From an uncultured bacterium (GTDB lineage: Bacteria; Zixibacteria; MSB-5A5; CAIYYT01), in the NCBI GenBank assembly GCA_963726455.1, contig CAVSCK010000003.1, positions 736,001-800,000 on the forward strand: 64,000 bases of DNA, in the 5' to 3' direction. Below, piece after piece: positions 29,355-39,186 of the stretch; within the stretch, counting starts at the first letter, position 1; every line of letters starts with the position of its first letter. The position numbers and the translations under genes are program-made. Below the pieces are notes generated by a model. That model was not told where the DNA came from and made no database searches. It saw nothing but the letters and a program-made list of their open reading frames with translations.

Positions 29355-29876
29355 ATGGGATTCTTTCCACTGAACTCCGCCGACGACATGCGCGCCGCCG
29401 ACAAGTACTCCGATCACGAGAAAGAGCTCCTCGACAAGCTCGCAAAGAAAGTGGTCTACTGGAAGATGACGGTGCCCGCGATCATGGCGCTGGAATCGGT
29501 CAAACCGCTGAATTACATCGGTTCGCAGGCAATGGTTTTCTTTGAGCCGATCGTCCAGTCAATATTCAATCTCAAAGATTACGACACGCTGCGACAGATG
29601 CTGGAACGCCGTGAGACTCTGGAGATGCTGCTGCTGCGGGTAGAGTTTTTCGACGCCATCGCGCGCCGCAAGGAAAAGCTGTTCAATAAACTGAAGAAAG
29701 AATACTTGAAGACGCAGACTCTTGGATTCCGTGTCAAATCATCGATCGTCGGTTTTCGCGTGCCCAAACATCTCGAGGCCGACTGGAAAGCCAAGATGGA
29801 TGCGATCGATGCAGAGGCAGCAGAGGCCGATAAAGGCAGCGCCTCGCAAACGCCCAAGACTGATTCCCCTTCTTAA
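29355..29876 (+). CDS. hypothetical protein
   Basis: Co-oriented ORF; PAIMALESVKPLNYIGSQAMVFFEP conserved-looking core. Confidence 0.75.
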   Translation: MGFFPLNSADDMRAADKYSDHEKELLDKLAKKVVYWKMTVPAIMALESVKPLNYIGSQAMVFFEPIVQSIFNLKDYDTLRQMLERRETLEMLLLRVEFFDAIARRKEKLFNKLKKEYLKTQTLGFRVKSSIVGFRVPKHLEADWKAKMDAIDAEAAEADKGSASQTPKTDSPS

Positions 29877-29909
29877 CTCCCTATTCGCCGAATTTCTATT
29901 ACACACAAT

Positions 29910-30356
29910 TCAGCTGATCGGAAGCACCAGTACAGGCACATGCGTGGCGGCCACAATGTGCTCGGCGCCACTTCCCTTGATATGCTCCAGCAAGTGATCG
30001 CGACCCGTGGTGGTTAGTATTATCAAGTCGCACCCGAGTTGCTCAGCTACCTCAAGAATCTCCTTGTGTGGATCGCCTTCGCGTATGAGAAACTGATGCG
30101 GAATGTCTTCGCCACCCGCCTGCCGCAATTCGGTTTCCATGATCTTCTGTGCGGCAACCGCGGTATCACTTTCATCGGCCACAAAATCATGCCGCGACAC
30201 TCGCAGCATAATCATCTCTTTCTTGTCCATAAATTCCGGGCGGACATTCAGCAACACCAACTCGGCTCCGCTTAATCGTGCGAGTTTGACACCGTAGCTG
30301 ATTGCAGCTATCGATCGTTCGCCCAGTTCGGTGGGACAGAGTATCTTTTTGAACAT
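29910..30356 (-). CDS. universal stress protein
   Basis: FKKILCPT, GDPHKEIL, DLIIL...GS.AEHIV...PVLV. Confidence 0.93.
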   Translation of the reverse strand: MFKKILCPTELGERSIAAISYGVKLARLSGAELVLLNVRPEFMDKKEMIMLRVSRHDFVADESDTAVAAQKIMETELRQAGGEDIPHQFLIREGDPHKEILEVAEQLGCDLIILTTTGRDHLLEHIKGSGAEHIVAATHVPVLVLPIS

Positions 30357-30370
30357 TCTGAATTCCTCCT

Positions 30371-31912
30371 CTAGATAAACGAAACCACGTCTATCAAAAT
30401 GAAGATCGGCACCAGAATGCCAATCGACCAGAGCATGTACCCGAAGAAGCTCGGCATACGTATGCGCGACGCCTCGGCAATGGAGCGCACCATGAAATTC
30501 GGTGCGTTACCAATATATGTCATGGCGCCAAAGAATACTGAACCGGTCGATATGGCCAGAAGTTCCTTCACGAATTGCGTTGCACCGGAATGCGCCAGGT
30601 TGCTGCTGAGGATATTGGTAACGTCGGCAGGATTGATGCCGAGATTGCCCAGCGACAGATTAAAGAATGTCAAATAAGTCGGCGCATTGTCCAGGAATGC
30701 TGACAGCCCTCCCGATGCCCAGAAGAAACGCGCCGGAGTGTCAACTGCATTTACCAAAAACGCAGCCGCGCCGTTCTGGCCGGCTCGCAGGATCAACAAC
30801 GGCGCGGAAATAGTAACGAAGATTCCGAAGAACAGGATGGCAACTTCGCGGATCGGCTCCCAGGTAAAGTCGTTGGCAGAGCGATATTCCTTTCGGGTAG
30901 TAACGAGACTGACAATCGCCAGAATCGCAATGGCCAGGTCGCGCAATACCGACTGATATGTGAATTGAATTCCGAGAAGCGAGAAGCTGCCCAGCGATAA
31001 ACTTCCCGACATCAGCACCGCCCCGACAATTCCGAGAGTAAGCAGCAAATTGTGCCATCCGAGAATTGTCAGTTTCTCGCCTTGATCCGAGTCGATCACA
31101 TCTTTCGCGCCTTCCTTGCGCAGCAAGACACTATCGACAATGAAATACGCAATCAGCAACGGCACGGCAGCCAACAACATCATTGACCATAGTTTCAGTG
31201 TCCAGAAAAATGGCACACCCCGAAGGAAGCCTAGAAACAACGGCGGATCACCCAGTGGGGTCAGTCCACCGCCGATATTCGCGACCAGAAAGATGAAGAA
31301 TACAATCGTATGCACCTTGTACTTGCGCCCTTTGTTTGCGCGAATGAGGGGGCGAATTAGCAACATCGCGGCTCCGGTCGTTCCCATCCACGACGCGAGC
31401 AACGTTCCAATCAAAAGTATGGACGTATTTACGATCGGTCTGCCAACGAGCGTACCGCGGAGATAGATACCACCCGACACGATGAACAGGCCCCCGATCA
31501 GAATGAGAAAAGGTACATAATCCGCCAACAGGACGTGCAGCAGTTCATAGATTCCCTCGCCTCGATACGCATAGATGAGGGGTATCGCCAGGATCAGCGC
31601 CCAAAACAACGAGATTTTCGGAAAATGATGATGCCAGAATGCCGGCGCCATCAACGGTACTATCGCAATCGAAAGCAGAATTCCGACAAAAGGCAGACCA
31701 CTCCAGAGGGGAAGCTGTCGGCCGATCTCTTCTCGTTCAGTTACATTGGCCGCCGCCGGTTGCTGGATCTGAACCATATTCTTAGGTGCAGGGTTTTCGC
31801 GCGTGGCACGTCCAAGTGCATTCGACGACAAGAGACAGATTAACAAGAAGAATATGGTCAGGGTAGACTGTCGTAATGAAGTACGAGTGCGGAATGCGGT
31901 TGCGGCTGTCAT
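30371..31912 (-). CDS. putative Na+/H+ antiporter (CitMHS_2-type ion transporter)
   Basis: GTTGAAMLLIRP, ANIGGGLTPLGDPPLFLGFL, LDNAPTY, TYIGNAPNFMV; start uncertain. Confidence 0.88.
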   Translation of the reverse strand: MTAATAFRTRTSLRQSTLTIFFLLICLLSSNALGRATRENPAPKNMVQIQQPAAANVTEREEIGRQLPLWSGLPFVGILLSIAIVPLMAPAFWHHHFPKISLFWALILAIPLIYAYRGEGIYELLHVLLADYVPFLILIGGLFIVSGGIYLRGTLVGRPIVNTSILLIGTLLASWMGTTGAAMLLIRPLIRANKGRKYKVHTIVFFIFLVANIGGGLTPLGDPPLFLGFLRGVPFFWTLKLWSMMLLAAVPLLIAYFIVDSVLLRKEGAKDVIDSDQGEKLTILGWHNLLLTLGIVGAVLMSGSLSLGSFSLLGIQFTYQSVLRDLAIAILAIVSLVTTRKEYRSANDFTWEPIREVAILFFGIFVTISAPLLILRAGQNGAAAFLVNAVDTPARFFWASGGLSAFLDNAPTYLTFFNLSLGNLGINPADVTNILSSNLAHSGATQFVKELLAISTGSVFFGAMTYIGNAPNFMVRSIAEASRIRMPSFFGYMLWSIGILVPIFILIDVVSFI

Positions 31913-32045
31913 TGCGGCAATCATAATAGCCCAAGCGATACCAGATGGCAACAGGCAATTGCCCGTTCCCATGCTTGCATTTCGCAAAACGATTTCATAG
32001 AATAGTGACACGCAGGCAGACTTGTTGACACTGCACGAGGTGATA

Positions 32046-33409
32046 GTGAGCATACTTGACGATTTGAAAAGTATCGTGAGCGCGGATCGAGTTTCGGATA
32101 ACCCGAGCGTTTTGGAATCAGTCTCCATTGACGAATCATCGCTGGAGCCGGTGCTTCCAGCCGCGGTCGTGCAGACACTTACCGCGGATGAAATCGCGCG
32201 CGTGATATCTTACTGCTATGAACACTCGCTTCCGGTAACCGCCCGCGGAGCCGGCAGTGACCTGGAAGGTAGCGCCATCCCGATCAAGGGCGGAATCGTT
32301 CTTGATGTCTCCCGCATGGACAAGATCACTCAAATCTGGCCTGAGGATTTGCAGGTCAAAGTCGAACCGGGCGTCGTCTACGACAAACTCAACGAATATC
32401 TCAAGCGCGAAAGTCTGTTCTTCCCACCCTCACCGGGCGGCAGCTCCGATGTCGCTACCATCGGCGGGATGGTGTCAACGAACGCCAGCGGCATCTACTC
32501 GGTGAAATACGGCGGCACAAAGGATTTCGTGCTGGAGCTCGAGATAGTCGACGGCACCGGACGAAATCATAAGCTCGGCAACCGCGCCATCAAACGGTCG
32601 TCGGGCTACAACCTGATCGACTTGATATCCGGATCCGAAGGAACGTTGGCAGTGATAACTTCTGTCACTCTGCAGTTGCTCGGCATACCGGAAGGTAATC
32701 GCAAGATCGCGTTCAAGTTCAAGTCGGAATACGAGGCCGCACAAACGGTCTCGGAAATGATGCGCTACGGATTGGATTTGGCGGCAGTGGAATTTCTGGA
32801 CCACAATGTTATTGAAGCACTGAACCTGCTCAACAACTATGGTCTTGAGGTGACCCCCTGCCTGTTCATCGAAATTCACGGCCCCGCGTCCGTGCTTGAT
32901 GCTACCTCGCAGACCGCCACCGAAATTGCAGCCGATATGGGTGGCGTACCACTCGAATTGGCCTCCGGGCAAAATCCGTGGGAAATCAGGCACTACACAA
33001 CCAACGCAATCAAGTTGCGGCGTCCGGGTTATTCGATCATTCGTAACGATGTCGCGTTTCCGATTTCTAAACTTCCGGAAATGGTTCAGTTCTGCCGGCA
33101 ACTGGCGGAGGAATCGGATTACTTATTCACGCCTTCGGACATGTCGGCATGGGTCTGCTGCACGCCCTGATCCTGGCGCGCAAGGATGTGCCGGAGGAAT
33201 GGCAGCTTGGTCTCGAAACTAATCGCAAGATCATCAGGAAAGCGATCGAATGTGACGGTACGATTTCCGGTGAACATGGCATCGGCCTCGGCCACAAAGC
33301 GATATTTGGTCTGGAACATGCTGAGTCGATTGACCTCATGCGTCAGATCAAAGGCGTATTCGACCCCAGGGGAATTCTCAATCCGGGTAAAATCTTCGAG
33401 CCGAAGTAA
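32046..33409 (+). CDS. FAD-linked oxidase (GlcD/D-lactate dehydrogenase family), frameshifted near 33116
   Basis: RGAGS, TIGGMVSTNASG, GSEGTL in the first frame; FGHVG and SGEHGIG, FDPRGILNPGKI in the second. Confidence 0.9.
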
Positions 33410-33597
33410 TCGACCGCACCTTTCTAAACCCGACTACGACATGGGAGTAACTACCGGCGATTTCCCGGCAGGATATCACTTGACAATCGTCAGTAAGCTG
33501 TTATATTTTCACGACTTACGAAAATGGGGTCGGAACATACAATACCAAGTGTCTTGCCATTGTTTCCGCGTCAATGCGGAGAATTGTGAGTCGATAA

Positions 33598-35644
33598 ATG
33601 AAGTCAATTCTAAAGCACGCTATTTCCATTCTTATTGCTTTCCAGTTTTGTACAGCGCTGTCGTCCTCGCACGCTGTCGCACAGAATTCCAGCCAGGAGG
33701 ATATTCGGGCGAAGACTGCCGGAGTATTTCAAGGCGATTCCCAAGGATCAACTCAAGGAATGGATTTACCATAACGGCGGCGACTGGTGCAACACACAGC
33801 ACGCTTATGACGCCAAGCGCGCCAAGCTCGGAATCAATCTTCCTACCTGTCCTCCTGAAGGTCCCTGTGACGATCCGGTGTTGCGTGATTCGCTGATTCC
33901 GACGCCGGGTGATCCAATTATCACGCTCCGGATCAAATTCAATATCTTCTGTAACGACGACGGCTCCAGTTGTGGCGCTACACAGGAACAGGCAGATGCG
34001 CAGCTGGCGACGCTGAATGCGCACTTTCTGCCGCTGCGTATCCAGTGGACTGCGAGAACGTCATTTATCAATTCCACGCAATATCGCACCTTCACCGATA
34101 ACGAAGAAGTCGGGATCAAAACCACATATGCCGACCAGCCGGATTCCCAGTTGAACGTGTTTGTTACCGGTCTCAACACCGGCTATATCGGCATGGGGAC
34201 GTTTCCCTGGGATCCTCAGGCGATGACCGCTATGGGCGGCATCCTGCTCGACGCAAATTATTTCGGCGCTGGCGAAGGCACGCTCACGCACGAGATTGGG
34301 CACAATCTCGGGTTATGGCACACGTTCCATGGAGTAACGGAAGTACAACAGTGTTCCGATTGTTGGGAACGCGCCGACCACCTGAACGGCAATACCACCG
34401 GCGATTTTTGCCTGGACACTGACCCAACTCCTATGAGTTACCAATGCGGCCCTCCGGGCGGCACCGATCAGTGCAGCGGTGTGCCGTGGGGCGAAACTGA
34501 TCCGCAGAATTACATGGGCTATTCCGGTGACGTTTGTTATCGCGAATTCAGCCCGCAACAGTGGGGACGCATTCACTGCTGGATCAACGACAAGCTCAAC
34601 GGTTGGCGGAATTGTCACCCGGATGGAAAACTTGCTTCGGTAGAGGATGGAAAGTCACTCGACAGTGATCGTGACGGAGTGGCTGATGATGTGGATAATT
34701 GCCCGACCACCTTCAATCCTTGTCAGGAGAATGTTGACGGCGATGCAATGGGTGACGCGTGCGATCCTGATATCGACAACGACAACGTACTCAACGCCGC
34801 CGACAACTGCCCTTATGTTCATAATCCCGATCAATTCGACAGCGACGGCGATACTTTCGGGGATGCCTGCGACAATTGTCCGGCCACTGCCAACACCGGT
34901 CAGTTGGACGTCGATGGTGACGGCATCGGCGATGTGTGCGACGCATGCACCGATGTCGACAAGGACGGCTACGGCGATCCCGGATATGCGGCCAGCACCT
35001 GTCCGACCGACAACTGTCCGGCTATCAGCAACCCGATGCAAGCGGACTTGGATGCCGATGGTGTCGGCGATGTTTGTGACAACTGTCCCGGCGATTTTAA
35101 CTCACAGCAGTATGATGAAGACAATGACGGAGTAGGTGATGCCTGTGACGGACAGATGCACATCGAGAGTTACACACTTCCTGACGCCTACTATAACAAG
35201 CCATATTCATACCAATTCTGGTCAGTCGGTGGCGTCAAACCTTATTCGTGGCAATTCATCGGTGGCGATGTCCCCTACGGACTTGAGTTCACCGGTGATA
35301 CGCTGGGCACCATCACCGGCAAACCAAGTTACAGGGCGACATTCTATTTCACGGTGGCTTGTTTCGACGCCGATACGCCGCAGAGAACCGATACGATGAG
35401 CGTGAGTCTTAGTGTGGTTGATCCACCCGCTCCAAGCTACTTGTGCGGCGATGCCGACGGCAGTGATGACATCAACATTTCCGACGTGGTCTATCTTATA
35501 CAGTACATCTTTGCCAACGGATCGGCGCCGGATCCGATAGAGTCAGGCGATCTGGATTGCGGTGGCTCCGTTGACATATCCGATGCGATACTGCTGATCG
35601 CCCACATATTCGGCAACCGACCGCATCCCTGTAGCTGCAAGTAA
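33598..35644 (+). CDS. secreted M43 (pappalysin/ulilysin-like) metallopeptidase with TSP3 repeats, Ig domain and dockerin; +1 indel near 33715
   Basis: Signal peptide [15 protein letters not shown]...AVA from ATG 33598 is one frame off; [28 protein letters not shown] repeats, [19 protein letters not shown]. Confidence 0.88.
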
Positions 35645-35656
35645 GCGGTGCGGCGT

Positions 35657-36133
35657 TCAGCCGTTTCGCGAGAAATCGAGTATAGTCGGCTTCGCCAATC
35701 GCAGATAATCGGCAACTTCCATGATGATGGAATCGGTCAGTGAGCCGGCATTGAATGCAATGCGGTCGTTGGCGAGAATGGAATTATCCACGTACAGCGG
35801 CAGATGAATGATTGGCTCCCCAAACGGCGGTACGCAACCGGGAACACAGCCGGTCAATTCTTGAAGCTCTTCTACCGTGGCGAAACGCGTTCGCTTCTCC
35901 TGAAAATGTTCCTTGATGGCAGCCGAATCAATCTTGAGCGCGCCACTCAGCACAAACAGCTTGAATTCCTCGCCGATCTTCATGACCAGCGCCTTACCGC
36001 CGATTTTCATTGGCTCGCCGCGCGCTTGAGCAGATTGCTCGGAAGTATAGGTCGGTTCATGATGTGCCGCTCGGTATACAATACCGTGACTATCCAGATA
36101 AGACTTGATTGTGGCAAGAAGTTCAGACGACAT
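35657..36133 (-). CDS. YbaK/ProX aminoacyl-tRNA editing domain protein
   Basis: GGKALVMK, TGCVPGCVPPFG, IAFNAG. Confidence 0.92.
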   Translation of the reverse strand: MSSELLATIKSYLDSHGIVYRAAHHEPTYTSEQSAQARGEPMKIGGKALVMKIGEEFKLFVLSGALKIDSAAIKEHFQEKRTRFATVEELQELTGCVPGCVPPFGEPIIHLPLYVDNSILANDRIAFNAGSLTDSIIMEVADYLRLAKPTILDFSRNG

Positions 36134-36410
36134 CGCTTAACACTCTGACAATCTTTAGCTTCGCCGTCGCGCTCTGCGCGGGCGGCAACTTCATCATCGG
36201 CGAACACGAGCACCGGCGGAGCTTCCTTGCCGGCTGATTCATTCCAGTGACTGATGAATTTGGCGCAGCGACCGGCTTATGTCAAGCCCAACTGCGGAAA
36301 TGGCTTGCTTAAATTGCGTCGTGGGTTATATTGTCAAGGAAAGGTACTTACTTCAGTGAAGTTTTTCTTCCTAATCGAGCCATACCATTTCCGCAACGAT
36401 TGGAGCATCA

Positions 36411-39026
36411 ATGTCCAAAAAGTTAACGCTTTTGGTCTTCGCGGCGCTGTTGAGCTTGGCAGTCGCCGGAGCAGCGGAGGCCAGTCAGTATTACTTCAAG
36501 TTTAACATCCAGTCACCCAAAGAATTAGACGAACTCACCAAGATTATCTCCATTGACAACGTCAAGGGCAACGAGGTCTATGCCTATGCCAACGACCGCG
36601 GTCTGGACAAATTCCAGTCGATGGGGTATTCACTCACGATGCTGACAAATCCGGGCGAGCTTATTGTTCCGGAAATGGCGAAGTCGCTTCGTGATGCGCA
36701 GGCGTGGGACGTCTACCCAACATACACGCAATACCTCGACATTATGAATCAATTCGAGTACAACCATCCCGGCATCTGCAAGGTCATAACTATCGGCACG
36801 ACAACGCAGGGACGTCAATTGCTGGCAGTAAAGATATCCGACAACGTGAATACTGACGAAGCCGAGCCCGAGGTTTGGTATGCCAGTTCAATGCACGGTG
36901 ACGAGACCACCGGCTACGTCATGACACTGAGGTTGATTGATTCATTACTGACTTCGTATGGCTCGGATCCCCGCATCACCAACATGATCGACAATATGGA
37001 AATCTTCATCACGCCGCTCTCGAATCCTGATGGCACTTATCATGGTGGCGACGGCAGCGTGAGTGGCGCCTGGCGCTACAACGCCAACAGCGTCGATCTC
37101 AACCGCAATTTCCCCGATCCTGCTGATGGCCAACACCCCGATGGAGAAACCTGGCAGATGGAAACGGTGGCGATGATGAATTTCATGGCGGCTCACCACA
37201 TCATTCTATCAGCCAACTTCCATGGTGGCGCCGAAGTAGTAAACTACCCCTGGGACACCTGGTCGCGCCTGCATCCGGACGACACCTGGTGGCAACAAAT
37301 CAGTCGCCGCTTCGCCGACACGGTGCATGTCTATGCTCCATCCGGTTACTTAACAGACCTGAACAACGGTATTACGAATGGCTATGCGTGGTATCGCGTC
37401 ACCGGCGGTCGCCAGGATTATATGACATATTTCATGCATGGACGCGAAGCCACAATCGAAATATCATCTACCAAGCTTCTTCCTGCCGCAAGTCTGCCGG
37501 CGTGGTGGACGTACTTGCGCAAATCCCTGCTTAACTGGTTATCAGAAGGTCTATATGGCATTCAGGGTACGGCCACCAGTGCAACGACCGGCCTTCCGGT
37601 GGGGGCCAGAGTCACTGTATTGACTCACGACGCCGACAGTTCTCAAGTTTATTCCAATCCCGTGACCGGCGAGTTTCATCGCCTGATTGCTCCCGGCACC
37701 TGGTCGCTGAAGTTCGAGGCAACCAACTATGTGCCATTGACGATCAACAATGTCACCGTAACGAATTTCAACCAGACGGTGCTCAATGCCCAAATGCAGC
37801 CGCTGTCGCCATATCCGATCGTCAATTTCCTCAGCCACAATGCTCCCCCGTCGATTCGACCGGGTGACAACGTGGTTATGAACATCTCGGTGGAAAATGA
37901 CGGTGGCAGCAACGCGTCAAATATGCAGGGCACATTGTCCACGGCCGACGTAAACATAACTGTCACGCAGCCGACCTCGCTGTTCCCGACCATCGCGGCA
38001 TTTGGCGGCACGGGCACATCGATATCGCAATACGGTTTCAACGTCTCTCCGGCCTGTCCGAACAATCATGTCGTGACTTTCCGACTGATTCTCGCGGCTG
38101 ATGGAAATTATCGTGACACAATCTCATTCGACATGACGCTTGCCCGTCCGATTGAGAATTTCGAGACCGGCAACTTCGCAAGTTTCCCCTGGCAGTTTAC
38201 GGGACAACAACCCTGGTCGGTTGTGACGTCCGCTCCGTATGAGGGAACCTATTGCGCTCAGTCGGGTCCGATCACTCATTCTCAAAGCTCCAAGATGTCG
38301 GCAGCACTGAACGTGCTTAACGACGGCAATGTATCGTTCTACTACAAGGTCTCCTCCGAACCCAATTGGGACCTGCTCAAATTTTCAATTGATGGATCAG
38401 TGAAGGGTCAATGGTCGGGTACCGTTGGCTGGACGCAGGCAACTTACCCGGTCACGGCCGGCAATCACATTTTCTTGTGGGAGTATGTCAAGGACGGGTC
38501 GATGTCTCAGGGCAGCGACAAGGCCTGGGTAGATTTGATCATTTTCCCGCCGGTGCAGAGCAGTGCCCTGGGAATCCTTACCGGTTCATTGCCGGACAGT
38601 TGGCTGGGCAAAGCATATTCGCAACAGCTTCAGGCCTCGGGTGGTACGCCTCCCTATACCTGGAGCGACCAGAACAACGGTCTCTCCGGAACCGGCTTGA
38701 CGTTATCGAGTGGCGGCCTCGTGTCCGGAACGCTTGGACGTGCCGGCGCAGTAAGCTTCACCGCCCTTCTTCAAGATGCGGCCAGTGGCTCCGCCACCAG
38801 ACCTTACAGCTTCAGTGTGCGCGTGAGCGGTGACGCTGACGGTTCGGGAACAATCGATATCTCGGATGCCGTTTTCCTGATCGGCTACATTTTCGGCGGC
38901 GGTGCGGCTCCCAATCCAATCACGTTGGGCGATGCTGATTGCAGCGGTTCGGTCGATATTTCCGACGTCGTGTATCTGATTCAGTACATATTCGGCGGCG
39001 GCCCGGCGCCTTGCGTGCTTAAGTAG
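36411..39026 (+). CDS. secreted M14 zinc carboxypeptidase with accessory beta domains and dockerin
   Basis: Signal peptide; HGDE, DLNRNFP, NFHGG, TIEIS; C-terminal GDADGSGTIDISDAVFLI...[18 protein letters not shown]. Confidence 0.93.
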   Translation: MSKKLTLLVFAALLSLAVAGAAEASQYYFKFNIQSPKELDELTKIISIDNVKGNEVYAYANDRGLDKFQSMGYSLTMLTNPGELIVPEMAKSLRDAQAWDVYPTYTQYLDIMNQFEYNHPGICKVITIGTTTQGRQLLAVKISDNVNTDEAEPEVWYASSMHGDETTGYVMTLRLIDSLLTSYGSDPRITNMIDNMEIFITPLSNPDGTYHGGDGSVSGAWRYNANSVDLNRNFPDPADGQHPDGETWQMETVAMMNFMAAHHIILSANFHGGAEVVNYPWDTWSRLHPDDTWWQQISRRFADTVHVYAPSGYLTDLNNGITNGYAWYRVTGGRQDYMTYFMHGREATIEISSTKLLPAASLPAWWTYLRKSLLNWLSEGLYGIQGTATSATTGLPVGARVTVLTHDADSSQVYSNPVTGEFHRLIAPGTWSLKFEATNYVPLTINNVTVTNFNQTVLNAQMQPLSPYPIVNFLSHNAPPSIRPGDNVVMNISVENDGGSNASNMQGTLSTADVNITVTQPTSLFPTIAAFGGTGTSISQYGFNVSPACPNNHVVTFRLILAADGNYRDTISFDMTLARPIENFETGNFASFPWQFTGQQPWSVVTSAPYEGTYCAQSGPITHSQSSKMSAALNVLNDGNVSFYYKVSSEPNWDLLKFSIDGSVKGQWSGTVGWTQATYPVTAGNHIFLWEYVKDGSMSQGSDKAWVDLIIFPPVQSSALGILTGSLPDSWLGKAYSQQLQASGGTPPYTWSDQNNGLSGTGLTLSSGGLVSGTLGRAGAVSFTALLQDAASGSATRPYSFSVRVSGDADGSGTIDISDAVFLIGYIFGGGAAPNPITLGDADCSGSVDISDVVYLIQYIFGGGPAPCVLK

Positions 39027-39048
39027 CATCCGTCTTGTGACAGTATCC

Positions 39049-39087
39049 GGCTTCTCTCCGGCTCGCCCGGAGAGAAGCCCATTTCTT
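39049..39087 (+). terminator. strong hairpin, putative terminator
   Basis: GGCTTCTCTCCGG-CTCGC-CCGGAGAGAAGCC, weak U tract. Confidence 0.65.
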
Positions 39088-39186
39088 GATAGATAAATAC
39101 CTGCCGTTAAGTACAGATGACGAGCGGGTTAGTCCGCCGACTGAAATGACGCTTCTTACCGGCTAGCCGTTAATGACGATGAGGGA

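Noticed and set aside
31913-32128. Extended N-termini making the antiporter and FAD oxidase overlap
   Set aside because: Downstream starts (about 31912, and 32046 with an RBS) remove the overlap
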